DNA of 64,000 nucleotides, from assembly GCA_003151625.1 (NCBI GenBank), contig PLYC01000013.1, positions 93,210-157,209 of the forward strand, given 5' to 3'. The stretch is from Candidatus Doudnabacteria bacterium. Its GTDB lineage: Bacteria > Patescibacteriota > Doudnabacteria > UBA920. The stretch's first letter is position 1, and the number at the start of each line of letters is the position of its first letter. Under the pieces are notes generated by a model. The model did no database searches. It was given only the letters and a program-made list of their open reading frames with translations, and was not told the DNA's origin. Of the stretch, positions 18,756 through 27,816 are shown one piece after another. Both the position numbers and the translations under genes were made by a program.

Positions 18756-21700
18756 TTATAGTAACGGCCAATTAGAAATAAGCTGATCAATTTCTTTCAT
18801 AATGCGGATGGTTTCGCGGAGGGAGGCGACGATTTTCATATAGTGCTTTAAGTCGTCCAAAGACAGGCTACGCTCGGCCTTTTTGCGATCCTTTAGCCAC
18901 TTCTCACAAACCTGATAGCCGCCAATCATAAACTCCCAAACTTCTTTTTCCACACCTTCAAAATACTGGCCGGGATTTACGTAAACTCGTCGGTCTTTAG
19001 CTGAATATTTAACCTCGGTAACTTTCCAGTCTTCCAAACTTTCCGGCTTCTCACCCCCAAGACTAATCCCCCATTTGTCCGAATCGTCAAAAATTGTCTT
19101 GGACTGATCAAACGGATTTTCTCCGAGCAAATGCAAATTTACTAACTCGTTACCTTTGGCAACTAATTTTTTAAACAGTTCTTTATTGGAAGTTAGCGGT
19201 AAGCGCGGAAAATCTATTTTCAACTGTTCGGCATACCTGATCCGGTAAGTCGGGCAATGAAAAATAGCATAAGTATAGTAAAACACATCTTCCGGTCCAA
19301 AAGTTTTTTCCAAATCACCTCGCCCATCGCTAATAAAGCTTATCCCAAGTTTTTGAGAACATTCCTTAGTAAATTTTTCGGAAAAATTTACTTTTTTGTT
19401 TAGTTTCCCAAAAAGATTAGATTGTGTTGAGTCGGAGTATAGGTATAGCGGAAAGATATAAGAGCCTATTGCTGAATCTAGATTATGCATATCACACAAT
19501 AATGATGTAACAAAAAAATGGTTATTTTTCTGATTCTGGATATTTCGATGTAGGGTCAGCCCTAAATTATTTTTATTAAGGAAATGTTTCATTATATCTT
19601 GTCTAGGCCAGTCTAACAATTCCTTGTTGTATATTAAATAACGGTTGTCAAAAGCTCTGAATTGAATTTTAATAATCTCATTATTATAATCTATCTTCTT
19701 TTTTCTCGCTTCTGATAAAAGCCATCCTCGCGTATCGCCCTTTAAATACTTACCTGATCTTTTCCCAGAAGAAAAAAATCTGACCCTAATAGTATCATCA
19801 CTATTATTTAAATTAAAAAAATAATCTAACTTTTTTAACAAATCTTTTCTTTCAAATCCATAAACAAGCTGATCCCTTGAAGATTGTATGCCTGTATTGC
19901 AAGAATCAAATACATCCTTTACAGAATTTATTTGGTTATAGTCATCTTCGTGATGGACTACTTTAAAAATGTAATGTGGAGCGTTTGGTTCAATTTCAGT
20001 CCACTCTGTATTATTAACTTCATGAGTTAAAAGGAACTCAAATTTATTTTCTTTTAGGCCAAAAAGTTCAGAATAAAAAATATTCTTTGCTATTTTTCTT
20101 TCGTTTTTGATAAAAAATGAAATTACAACACCTGTTTGAATTGGAAAAACATTTTCATCCTTTGTACCATCAGGCGCCTTTTCATTTTTGACCGAACTGC
20201 CATGTAAATTAAGAATATAAATTTCATCGAAATAATTCAATAAATTATAGCGCATTCCTCTAAAAGTTGGGTTATCCAGAAAATTGTGATTTGTTATAAA
20301 AGATAAAATTCCATGTCCTATATCTGCAATCTTCCATTGAGCAAAACGAATAAATTTTACATAATCATCTTGAAGCCAATGCTTTTTTTCTCCAAAATGT
20401 TTACCATCAATATATTTATAGTCCTCAATAAGTTTATTAATCCATTCTCCTTTATTAGCCGATACCCCGGAATATGGCGGGTTGCCGATTATAGCTAAAA
20501 TTGGCGCGTCTTTTTTGACTTTACGCGCGGCTTCGCTTTCTTCAGCGATTGAGGGAAAGGCTATAGAACCAAAATCAGTTGTAGCTTTGGCCTGTTTTTG
20601 GTAAGCGTTGGGATCATCAAGCGTATTTGCCAAATAAACTTTTAAGCGGTCTTTGTCGCCGTCGCCCTTTGCCATCTCAAAATCAAAACCCAAATCTTCT
20701 AAAAGCAAAGTAAGTTTTAAATGGGCAATGGCGTAAGGTGCGACTAAAAGTTCAAAGCCATAAAAATGTTTTAAAATGTGGTCAACAACTACCCTATTAA
20801 ATTCCTTAGTTACCATTTCTGGGCCCAAGGTGTTATTTTGCTTTTGAACTGCGGAGTGAATTTGCTGAATGGCGGACATTAAGAATGTGCCGGTGCCAGT
20901 GGCCGGGTCAAGTAAATGGACGCTTTCATCAGCCAAACCTTTTTCTTTGCCGAATTTTTCTTTTAAGATGAAATCTACACTACGGACAATGTAATCTACT
21001 ACCGGCTTTGGCGTGTAGTAGACACCTCGCGCTTCGCGTTCCTTAGGGTCGTATTCGTTCAAAAACGGCTCGTAGAAATGAATAACCGGGTCCTCGCCGA
21101 CTTTATGCTCTCGTAACTTTAACTCAATTTTAGCCATCTCGGCCGCGTTCAGCTGGTCTATTAGGGCGGTGGTGGCCTGGTGAATATTAGGAATAACTTG
21201 GGAGACTTTTTTAATCAAAGAATATAAGTCGGCCAAAATAGGAACGCTTGCTGGTAAATAATCCATTGCCGTGGTTAAGGTTAGAACATCGGACTTGCCG
21301 CGCTTGGTATGCTCCAAAGAGGCCAGGAATAAAGAATACGCCACAGTTTCGGCCACCATATTGGCAAACTGGTGCGGCTCTATATTTTGGATTAAAGTTT
21401 TCTCAAAAGTTTCTTTTAGCTTAACCAAGTCCGAAGTTTCGTCGGCATCCTTAAAGGCTTCTTCCACTTGATTAGACAAAAGCTTAGTCTTTTTTGCCAA
21501 GGCCAACGCCAGCTGTTTAGTGGTACGCGCTTCATAAGCTTTGCCGGAAAAGAATTGATGCAAGATGTCAATCAGGTTTTGCTCCTCGCCGGTGGTAAAA
21601 TTTGCAACATCAAAAATTATTTCTTTTATTTTTACCGGCTTGCCTTCGTCACCCCATTGCCAAAGCTGCCACTGTTTAAAATTGGTGAATAGAATATTTT

Positions 21701-22004
21701 CTAAAGCGTCCTTATATTTTTCAAACTGCTTATTGAATTTAGGACTGTCTAAGGAATCTTCCGGTAGTTTTACTTCCACCCAGCCAACCAGCCGGTCTTT
21801 TCGCCGTACAGTAACGTCAGGAAAGCCCACGCCACCGGCAACGGCTTTAGCGCTCTCTTCGGCCGTGGCAAATATGTCTTTGGACTTTTCCAATTCGGCG
21901 AGCTCCTGCAGGAAGTTAGTTAAAGCCGGGTAAAAGGATCGTTCGGTGCCGTGGTCTTTAATCCTTAAAAAACTTTGTTGGAATTTTTCTATTGGTATGT
22001 TCAT
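18756..22004 (-). CDS. Type IIG restriction-modification enzyme (REase + N6-MTase + Type ISP-like specificity domain)
   Basis: FPD...EVK nuclease, GVYYTP, LDPATGTGTF, IGNPPY, DFPRLP, IGGYQVCEKWLKDRK. Confidence 0.88.
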   Translation of the reverse strand: MNIPIEKFQQSFLRIKDHGTERSFYPALTNFLQELAELEKSKDIFATAEESAKAVAGGVGFPDVTVRRKDRLVGWVEVKLPEDSLDSPKFNKQFEKYKDALENILFTNFKQWQLWQWGDEGKPVKIKEIIFDVANFTTGEEQNLIDILHQFFSGKAYEARTTKQLALALAKKTKLLSNQVEEAFKDADETSDLVKLKETFEKTLIQNIEPHQFANMVAETVAYSLFLASLEHTKRGKSDVLTLTTAMDYLPASVPILADLYSLIKKVSQVIPNIHQATTALIDQLNAAEMAKIELKLREHKVGEDPVIHFYEPFLNEYDPKEREARGVYYTPKPVVDYIVRSVDFILKEKFGKEKGLADESVHLLDPATGTGTFLMSAIQQIHSAVQKQNNTLGPEMVTKEFNRVVVDHILKHFYGFELLVAPYAIAHLKLTLLLEDLGFDFEMAKGDGDKDRLKVYLANTLDDPNAYQKQAKATTDFGSIAFPSIAEESEAARKVKKDAPILAIIGNPPYSGVSANKGEWINKLIEDYKYIDGKHFGEKKHWLQDDYVKFIRFAQWKIADIGHGILSFITNHNFLDNPTFRGMRYNLLNYFDEIYILNLHGSSVKNEKAPDGTKDENVFPIQTGVVISFFIKNERKIAKNIFYSELFGLKENKFEFLLTHEVNNTEWTEIEPNAPHYIFKVVHHEDDYNQINSVKDVFDSCNTGIQSSRDQLVYGFERKDLLKKLDYFFNLNNSDDTIRVRFFSSGKRSGKYLKGDTRGWLLSEARKKKIDYNNEIIKIQFRAFDNRYLIYNKELLDWPRQDIMKHFLNKNNLGLTLHRNIQNQKNNHFFVTSLLCDMHNLDSAIGSYIFPLYLYSDSTQSNLFGKLNKKVNFSEKFTKECSQKLGISFISDGRGDLEKTFGPEDVFYYTYAIFHCPTYRIRYAEQLKIDFPRLPLTSNKELFKKLVAKGNELVNLHLLGENPFDQSKTIFDDSDKWGISLGGEKPESLEDWKVTEVKYSAKDRRVYVNPGQYFEGVEKEVWEFMIGGYQVCEKWLKDRKKAERSLSLDDLKHYMKIVASLRETIRIMKEIDQLISNWPLL

Positions 22005-25000
22005 TTAGGCAGTTATTTTAAATTGTATTTTTGCTAAATTTTTATACTCAAAAGTCATTTCCAGTTTATTCCTTAAATCCATAACTTTTTGGTCTTTCTG
22101 TAAAAACTGTTCCTGCTGCATTTTCATATACTTATTTTGGGCTTTAAATAAATCTTTTTGTTTTTTATCTTTTTCTTCCAATATTTGCTGGCGCTCATGA
22201 AAGCCGGTAGTCTTAGATGAAATTTTTAACTTTTTACCTATTTCCTTAAGCTCCTGCTCGCGCAAGTCCATCTCCTGTTTGTATTTTAAAATGGATTCAT
22301 CCACAAAACGGTCAAGATTCTGCATTTCTTGATCCACATAACCCTCATTTTCAGCTTTAATTTCCTGTTTAAAGTCGTTCCCGTTTTTTTGTATTAAGTC
22401 CGACAATTCGTCCCGAAGCCTTTCGTGCATATTTTTTTCTTCCGTCACTTCCAACTCAAACAGTTTTTCAGCTCTTTTTGGCTCAATTTTTTGCCACTGC
22501 CCGTCTTTAAATACCAACGAGCTTACAATAATTTTTTCAAAAGTTTCTTCGGTGTTGTTTATGGTTTTCCGGCTGCAGTTTAAGACATCAACCGAAATCT
22601 GGCCGTCCAGGCCAATAAATTCTTCCAAGACTTTCCTGTGGTCCTGTGGGTGCTTAAAAGTTAAAGACCATGAACCGGACAATTTTTTGTCCTGATCAAT
22701 GTTGTGCCTGACAAAATTGGTTTCCAGGTTAATTGGCAAAATACCCTCTTCCCTTTCGGCTTCAGAGAGTCTTCCTAAACAAAATTTACCGCCGGAATAT
22801 TCAAAAATTTTGTCACTTTTATAGTTAATGGTTTTACCTAAAGTAAAATTTAAGTAAGCCTTAAGCTGGGCGTCAAACTTGTTCAAAGAATCGTCAAAAG
22901 TCTGCTGGCGAATTTTTAGTTTTTGCCTGATTTCTTCGTCAAAATGTTGAATAACCTTTTTTTGCGTGTCTTCAATCTTTTCCTCAATAAAGTCGCCTAA
23001 GTCCAGCTGTAACTGTTTAAAGCCCTGGGCTATTTGCTGTTCAGTCCGGCACTTACGGTAAATTTCCAAAATTTTTCTTTCAAAATCCAAGCCCGCTCCC
23101 AAACCTCCTAAAGCAACTTCCCGGACCTCGTAACCGTCATCGGTTAATTTTTCAGTTCCTAAAACTTGATCGCTAAAATCAAACAGGTTACCGAATAATT
23201 TGATTTTTTCCTGCAACAATTCGTAAACTCTTTGGTCAGCGTAGTTTTTTTTATTTAAAAAGTTTACTACCAAGACATCCAACTTTTGGCCGTACCTGTG
23301 GCATCTGCCGATGCGCTGTTCAATGCGCTGCGGATTCCACGGTAAATCATAGTTAATAACAATGTTGGCAAACTGTAAGTTTATACCCTCGGCTCCGGCT
23401 TCTGTGGTAATTAAAATCGCCTTTGGCAGTTCTTTAAACTTCCAAACCAAGGCTTTTCTGATGTTGATGCTTTTAGAACCTCTGGCGGCTTCATCGGGAA
23501 AAGTCTGTTCCCATTCCGCGTAAATGTCTTTTGATCGTTTGGAGGCGTTGCTGCCATTAAATAAAACTAATTCGTACCCGCTGGCGCTTAAAAGTTTTTC
23601 CAAATGGTCCTGGGTACGCCTGGACTCAGTAAAGATTACCGCTTTTTGCGGCCAATGTTGCTTTTCGGCGTGAATGAAAACTTTTTTTAATACTTTGACC
23701 AATGCCTGACTTTTTTGGTTGACATCAATACTGCAAGCCAAATAGTAATATTCCAAAACATCCTTAAGTTCACGAAAGATTTCTTCTTTACTAAATTTAT
23801 GGTCTATTTCCCGCTCATTTTTCTTTTCCTGCGTTCCGTCAACTTTTTCGTCCTCTTGTAAGTCGTCCGATTCTTGGGTTTCTTCTTCCACTTCACCGGC
23901 TTTTATTTCCGCGTCTTCAAATCCCGGCAAAACTTCCTGAATCAAATCTTTTGTAGTTTCGGCAGGTTGAAGTTGGATGTCCGGCAGTGCCTTGCTGTAC
24001 TTGGTTTGAATTTCTAATTTTTGTTGCTTTATGTAGGCCTGGACATCTTCAAAAGTTACATCCTGCTCCTGCTGCAGTCTTTTAGCTAGAAAATGGACAA
24101 TCTTTTCCAACGTTCCGGCAATCGCGAACGAGGAACTGGCCAATATTTTGCGGTAAACCAATTCCATCATGTTTCTTTGGGTCGCGAGAGTGGAAGCTAA
24201 AATCGGCCTGCGTAAATATTCGCTTACCAGGTCATAAAGCTCTATTTCGTTGTCGTTCGGCGCGAAGTCTTCGGTGTGGCTAAAACGATTGGTAAAACTT
24301 ACAAATCCTCTAACCTGTTTTCTTAAGGTTCGGGTTAAAACGCCGCCGCTGACTTCCCCATTTTCAATAGTGCCCATTAGCCGTTCCTTGAGCTGGCCTA
24401 ATGAATCATATTTTTTGTGTCTTTTTACCGGATTAACAAAAAGGTTTCTAAAAGAATATTCTGTTCCTAAATAATTTTCTTCCAAAAAACTGGTCAAACC
24501 AAAAAGCTCCATTAAATTATTTTGTAATGGCGTCGCGGTCATTAAGATTTTAGGCCTGCTTAAAATAGCATCCTTAACTTTTTTTGCGACTTTATTTGTT
24601 TTTCTCCAAACGTTCCTTAAGCGATGGGCTTCATCAATTACAACCAAATCCCAGGCAACGTCTTTTACAAATTTTTCATACCGGTAAGCAAAATTATGGG
24701 ACGCTATATATATTCCATTTTCGGAAAGCGGATTTAACTTGTCTGTTTTGTCCTGTAAAATTTTTAACTGGGCCGAATCAACAATACTGCTTTCAAGATT
24801 AAAGCGGAGCGTGAGTTCATCTTGCCATTGAGTTCTTAAGGATGCCGGAACCAAAATTAGAATATGCTGCCTGCCTTCCACCCATAACTGATTGATTATT
24901 AGCCCGGCTTCTATGGTTTTTCCCAAGCCCACTTCATCAGCCAAAATCGCGCCTCTGGAAAGAGGACTTTTAAACGCAAAAACCGCCGCATCGACCTGGT

Positions 25001-25115
25001 GTGGGTTTAAGTCAATATTGGCGGCACGAATTACATTATTCAATTTTTCCGGGTCGCTGATTGATTTTTTTTCAGTCAGCTTGTGGGCTAAATAAAGCCT
25101 TTGAATTTGGGACAT
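22005..25115 (-). CDS. SNF2-family helicase (DrmD/RapA-like)
   Basis: LADEVGLGKT, DEAH, TATPLQN, EGINLQ, WNPQRIEQRIGRCHR. Confidence 0.9.
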   Translation of the reverse strand: MSQIQRLYLAHKLTEKKSISDPEKLNNVIRAANIDLNPHQVDAAVFAFKSPLSRGAILADEVGLGKTIEAGLIINQLWVEGRQHILILVPASLRTQWQDELTLRFNLESSIVDSAQLKILQDKTDKLNPLSENGIYIASHNFAYRYEKFVKDVAWDLVVIDEAHRLRNVWRKTNKVAKKVKDAILSRPKILMTATPLQNNLMELFGLTSFLEENYLGTEYSFRNLFVNPVKRHKKYDSLGQLKERLMGTIENGEVSGGVLTRTLRKQVRGFVSFTNRFSHTEDFAPNDNEIELYDLVSEYLRRPILASTLATQRNMMELVYRKILASSSFAIAGTLEKIVHFLAKRLQQEQDVTFEDVQAYIKQQKLEIQTKYSKALPDIQLQPAETTKDLIQEVLPGFEDAEIKAGEVEEETQESDDLQEDEKVDGTQEKKNEREIDHKFSKEEIFRELKDVLEYYYLACSIDVNQKSQALVKVLKKVFIHAEKQHWPQKAVIFTESRRTQDHLEKLLSASGYELVLFNGSNASKRSKDIYAEWEQTFPDEAARGSKSINIRKALVWKFKELPKAILITTEAGAEGINLQFANIVINYDLPWNPQRIEQRIGRCHRYGQKLDVLVVNFLNKKNYADQRVYELLQEKIKLFGNLFDFSDQVLGTEKLTDDGYEVREVALGGLGAGLDFERKILEIYRKCRTEQQIAQGFKQLQLDLGDFIEEKIEDTQKKVIQHFDEEIRQKLKIRQQTFDDSLNKFDAQLKAYLNFTLGKTINYKSDKIFEYSGGKFCLGRLSEAEREEGILPINLETNFVRHNIDQDKKLSGSWSLTFKHPQDHRKVLEEFIGLDGQISVDVLNCSRKTINNTEETFEKIIVSSLVFKDGQWQKIEPKRAEKLFELEVTEEKNMHERLRDELSDLIQKNGNDFKQEIKAENEGYVDQEMQNLDRFVDESILKYKQEMDLREQELKEIGKKLKISSKTTGFHERQQILEEKDKKQKDLFKAQNKYMKMQQEQFLQKDQKVMDLRNKLEMTFEYKNLAKIQFKITA

Positions 25116-25252
25116 ATCATATGGTGCATTTCATATAATTGGCAGTAAAAGCTAACGCAAAAAGGCAAGCCAATACTCCAAATTGTCTTTATTGTGGCAT
25201 TTTTTCCGAATTTTAGCAACTTTTTGCCCACACCGGGTGAGGGCAAAATTCT

Positions 25253-26146
25253 TTATAGATTATTCAGCGGGTGTTTCGTGATTTGTGCCCGCAGATGTTC
25301 AGCCGTCGCGCTTAAATAAATTGTCGTGGTCTTGATGTCCGAATGGCCCATCATTTTGCTTAGGCTGTAAATGTCGCACCCACCTTCCAACATTAAAACC
25401 GCAAACGAATGTCTAAGTTTGTGAATTCCAAAGTTTATTTTGCTGGCTTTTTTTATAATCTCCACTAAGTTGCGCAGGCCCATTTGGGTAAAACCCATAT
25501 TCCGGTTTAACGAAGCAAAGAATTCCGGGCAGGTTTTATGTATTCTCTTTCTTTCAACCACGTATCTTTTTAAAGTTTCCGCCAGGGCAAAACAGATTGG
25601 AATCATTCTGTCTTTGTTGCCTTTCCCCTGCCGGACAAAGATTGTAAGGTTTTCCAAGTCTACATCCGCGAATTTTAAGTTTAGCAATTCGCCTTTGCGG
25701 AGCCCGGCCATTATAAATGTGGCAAAAATTGCGTGGTTGCGGTAACGCAGGTATTTATATTGGTACGGGTAATTGTAGACCACTTCCAGCAGTTTCATTG
25801 TCTGCTGTTTTGTCAGCTTGGGTGGCAGCCGCTTTTCTAACTTTGGAATTTCTATTTTCTCCGCGTAATTTTCAGGCATGTATTTCTCTTTGACGCACCA
25901 GCGGAAAAACACAACCAGACTTTTAATAAAGTTAATGTAGGTATTTGTACTCCAATTTCGTTCTGTGCGGCCATAGAAAAACAGCTTCCGGATATTCTCT
26001 TCGTTTATCTGCTCAAACTCGGTGACATTGCAATATTTGCAGTAATAGTTAATAACAAACCTATACCGTCTGATTGTGGCTTTGGCGTATCCTCGTATAA
26101 ACGAGGAATAGTCATAGAACTTTAGGGCCGCTAATTGTATGTCCAT
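25253..26146 (-). CDS. Tyrosine recombinase/integrase (XerC/D-like)
   Basis: AGLRKGEL, GKGNKDR, HKLRHSF, MGHSDIKTTTIY; ATG at 26146 with GGAGG 5 nt upstream. Confidence 0.93.
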   Translation of the reverse strand: MDIQLAALKFYDYSSFIRGYAKATIRRYRFVINYYCKYCNVTEFEQINEENIRKLFFYGRTERNWSTNTYINFIKSLVVFFRWCVKEKYMPENYAEKIEIPKLEKRLPPKLTKQQTMKLLEVVYNYPYQYKYLRYRNHAIFATFIMAGLRKGELLNLKFADVDLENLTIFVRQGKGNKDRMIPICFALAETLKRYVVERKRIHKTCPEFFASLNRNMGFTQMGLRNLVEIIKKASKINFGIHKLRHSFAVLMLEGGCDIYSLSKMMGHSDIKTTTIYLSATAEHLRAQITKHPLNNL

Positions 26147-26161
26147 ATATACCTCCAAAAT

Positions 26162-26194
26162 AAAAACACTGCATAAACTTGTTGCAGTGCTTTT
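26162..26194 (-). terminator. Hairpin terminator between the island tRNA and the integrase RBS
   Basis: AAAAGCACTGCA-ACAAGTTTA-TGCAGTGTTTTT. Confidence 0.65.
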
Positions 26195-26197
26195 AAG

Positions 26198-26460
26198 TGG
26201 AGCCCACTATCGGATTTGAACCGATCACCTGCTCCTTCACTTCTACCTCAATTTCGTAAATCTTATATGAGGGTTAGACTGTATATTTTTCCCGGCGCCG
26301 GGAAACCCTTGTCAGTCGTTCGGGCGATTGCTCGCCACGGTCTTGACCCGTGAGGGCTATTAACCGTTATTCGGGATTCGCTTTGAAATTACTTTCAGAG
26401 TGGGCATGAACATAAGCTGTTCTCACCATGGAGCTGCTCTACCAAATGAGCTAAGTGGGC
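26198..26460 (-). tRNA. tRNA-Thr(GGU), intron-containing (exon 1 26425-26460, exon 2 26198-26237)
   Basis: Joined exons give a 76-nt cloverleaf GCCCACTTAGCTCATTTGGTAGAGCAGCTCCATGGT|AAGGAGCAGGTGATCGGTTCAAATCCGATAGTGGGCTCCA with encoded CCA. Confidence 0.92.
26238..26424 (-). ncRNA. Group I self-splicing intron (187 nt, no ORF) at tRNA position 36/37
   Basis: U before the 5' splice site, terminal G; P7 A(C)GACUG/CAGUCU, P3 AAUCCC/GGGUU, P4 ACGGU/ACCGU, P6 GGCGA-GCAA-UCGCC, P8 UUCCCGG/CCGGGAA, P9 CCUCA/UGAGG, GUAA-capped P2. Confidence 0.88.
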
Positions 26461-26600
26461 TTACAACGGCATGAGATTTTGAATGAACTTTTTTTGAGCC
26501 CGCGACCATCTCCCTGCGGGAGGTGCTCATGGGCTTTTCTCTTTTTGTGATTTTGCTCTTATATTAGAGCAAATCCCTGATAACAAGGTAGACTGCCTTT

Positions 26601-26638
26601 TTACCATGGAGCTGCTCTACCAAATGAGCTAAGTGGGC
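26601..26638 (-). pseudogene. Orphan 5' half of host tRNA-Thr(GGU), right att junction
   Basis: Minus strand GCCCACTTAGCTCATTTGGTAGAGCAGCTCCATGGTAA, then non-tRNA sequence. Confidence 0.92.
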
Positions 26639-26685
26639 ACAAAGTTATTGGATTTTTTAAATACCACTTCGCACGATATATTTTT

Positions 26686-27549
26686 CTACCCAACTTTATT
26701 ATCAGTTCGTGGCAACACTAGCTTTTCCAGCTTGGCTTTAACTACCCCATTTTCCGGTTCAAGGGCTTGGGCTTTATGTAAAATTTCACGGGCCAATTGC
26801 CCGTTGTTGAGCTTTAAATACACATTACTCAAGCTAATGTAATATTTAACGGAAGGTTCAAGAGAGATTGCGGTCTCGAAATTCTTTACCGATTCAGGAA
26901 AATTCCCCGCCCCTTCCAAACTTAGGCCTAGGTTATAATAGCGGTTTGGCTGGGTGGAATCAAGAGCTAAAGATTTTTGATAATGTTCGGCCGCTTTGGC
27001 GAATTGCTTATTTTGGTAAAGGCAATAACCTAAACGCGCCTGGAATTCCGGGTTTCCGGGTTCGTGGTTGCAGAGATATTCATAAATATCCCTGGCATCT
27101 GAATGGTTTGACTGTTCCAAATAAAATTTTCCAAGCAAATCGTAATTGGATAAATTCTTGGGCTGCAATTTTATCATATCCAAATAGTAGGCTTCGCTTT
27201 TTACTTCGTGGGTGGTAATTGGGGCGGCGGCAACAGGGGCTTTAAAACCGGGCAGTTTAACATTATTAAAGATTTTCTGCATTTTGTAGCCGCCTATTGA
27301 GTGAGGCCTTAAGTCCTTGGCTTCCAAAATAAAGTTCCAGATTTTTCTGACCCAAAATTTTAGAAATGAGGCGATTTTTGAAAAAGCTTCGGCAGGCAGG
27401 CCTTTAGCCAAAAGTTTTTGTTGGGCGCCAACTTCCAAAGGCGCTTGTTGTGCCTCGGAGACGGCCTCCGGCAAGCGCCTAAGGATAATTAGCATTATCC
27501 CCAAAACCGCAAAAATAAATATAATATTGGGAAGAATTTGGTAGCTCAA
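26686..27549 (-). CDS. Membrane-anchored tetratricopeptide repeat protein
   Basis: N-terminal TM segment; repeated LG..Y...A...Y..AL..P TPR motifs. Confidence 0.85.
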   Translation of the reverse strand: MSYQILPNIIFIFAVLGIMLIILRRLPEAVSEAQQAPLEVGAQQKLLAKGLPAEAFSKIASFLKFWVRKIWNFILEAKDLRPHSIGGYKMQKIFNNVKLPGFKAPVAAAPITTHEVKSEAYYLDMIKLQPKNLSNYDLLGKFYLEQSNHSDARDIYEYLCNHEPGNPEFQARLGYCLYQNKQFAKAAEHYQKSLALDSTQPNRYYNLGLSLEGAGNFPESVKNFETAISLEPSVKYYISLSNVYLKLNNGQLAREILHKAQALEPENGVVKAKLEKLVLPRTDNKVG

Positions 27550-27696
27550 GGAAGGCAGAATTGATAATTAATAATTTATAACTGATAACATCATAACATA
27601 TTTTTAAATGTTTTGAAGTTAATAAATTGCTGTTATAAATTATTTGATTGGTTAGTGTTCCTTCGCAGTGGTTTTAGATTAAAACGGTGCTCTTTT

Positions 27697-27790
27697 GGCG
27701 TCATTCTGAGCCCCTAACGCGCCATCGGGGCGAAGAATCCCTATTAAATTAGAGATCCTTCACTCGGGCGCACTCGTTCAGGATGACGCC
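27697..27790. repeat. Solo CGTCA-ended palindromic element (family similar to the GIY-YIG gene flanks)
   Basis: ggcgtcattctga...cgaagaatc...gatccttc...tcaggatgacgcc. Confidence 0.8.
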
Positions 27791-27816
27791 GGGAAGGAAG
27801 TGTTTTGCGATTAAGC

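Larger units (their letters stand above)
1687..26607. mobile_element. Integrative genomic (defence) island inserted in the tRNA-Thr(GGU) anticodon loop
   Basis: 7-bp direct repeat TTACCAT at 1687-1693 and 26601-26607, each joined to one half of the tRNA; tyrosine recombinases near both ends; accessory cargo between; housekeeping genes resume after 26686. Confidence 0.9.

Noticed and set aside
1649-26237. Classical model: island inserted at the 3' end of a host intron-containing tRNA, with a 40-bp direct repeat
   Set aside because: Does not explain the orphan intronless 5' half at 26601-26638 or the exact 7-bp anticodon-loop overlap between the two orphan halves. Less parsimonious, though not formally excluded.
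1694-26600. Prophage or self-transmissible ICE
   Set aside because: No capsid, terminase, tail, relaxase or T4SS genes recognised.
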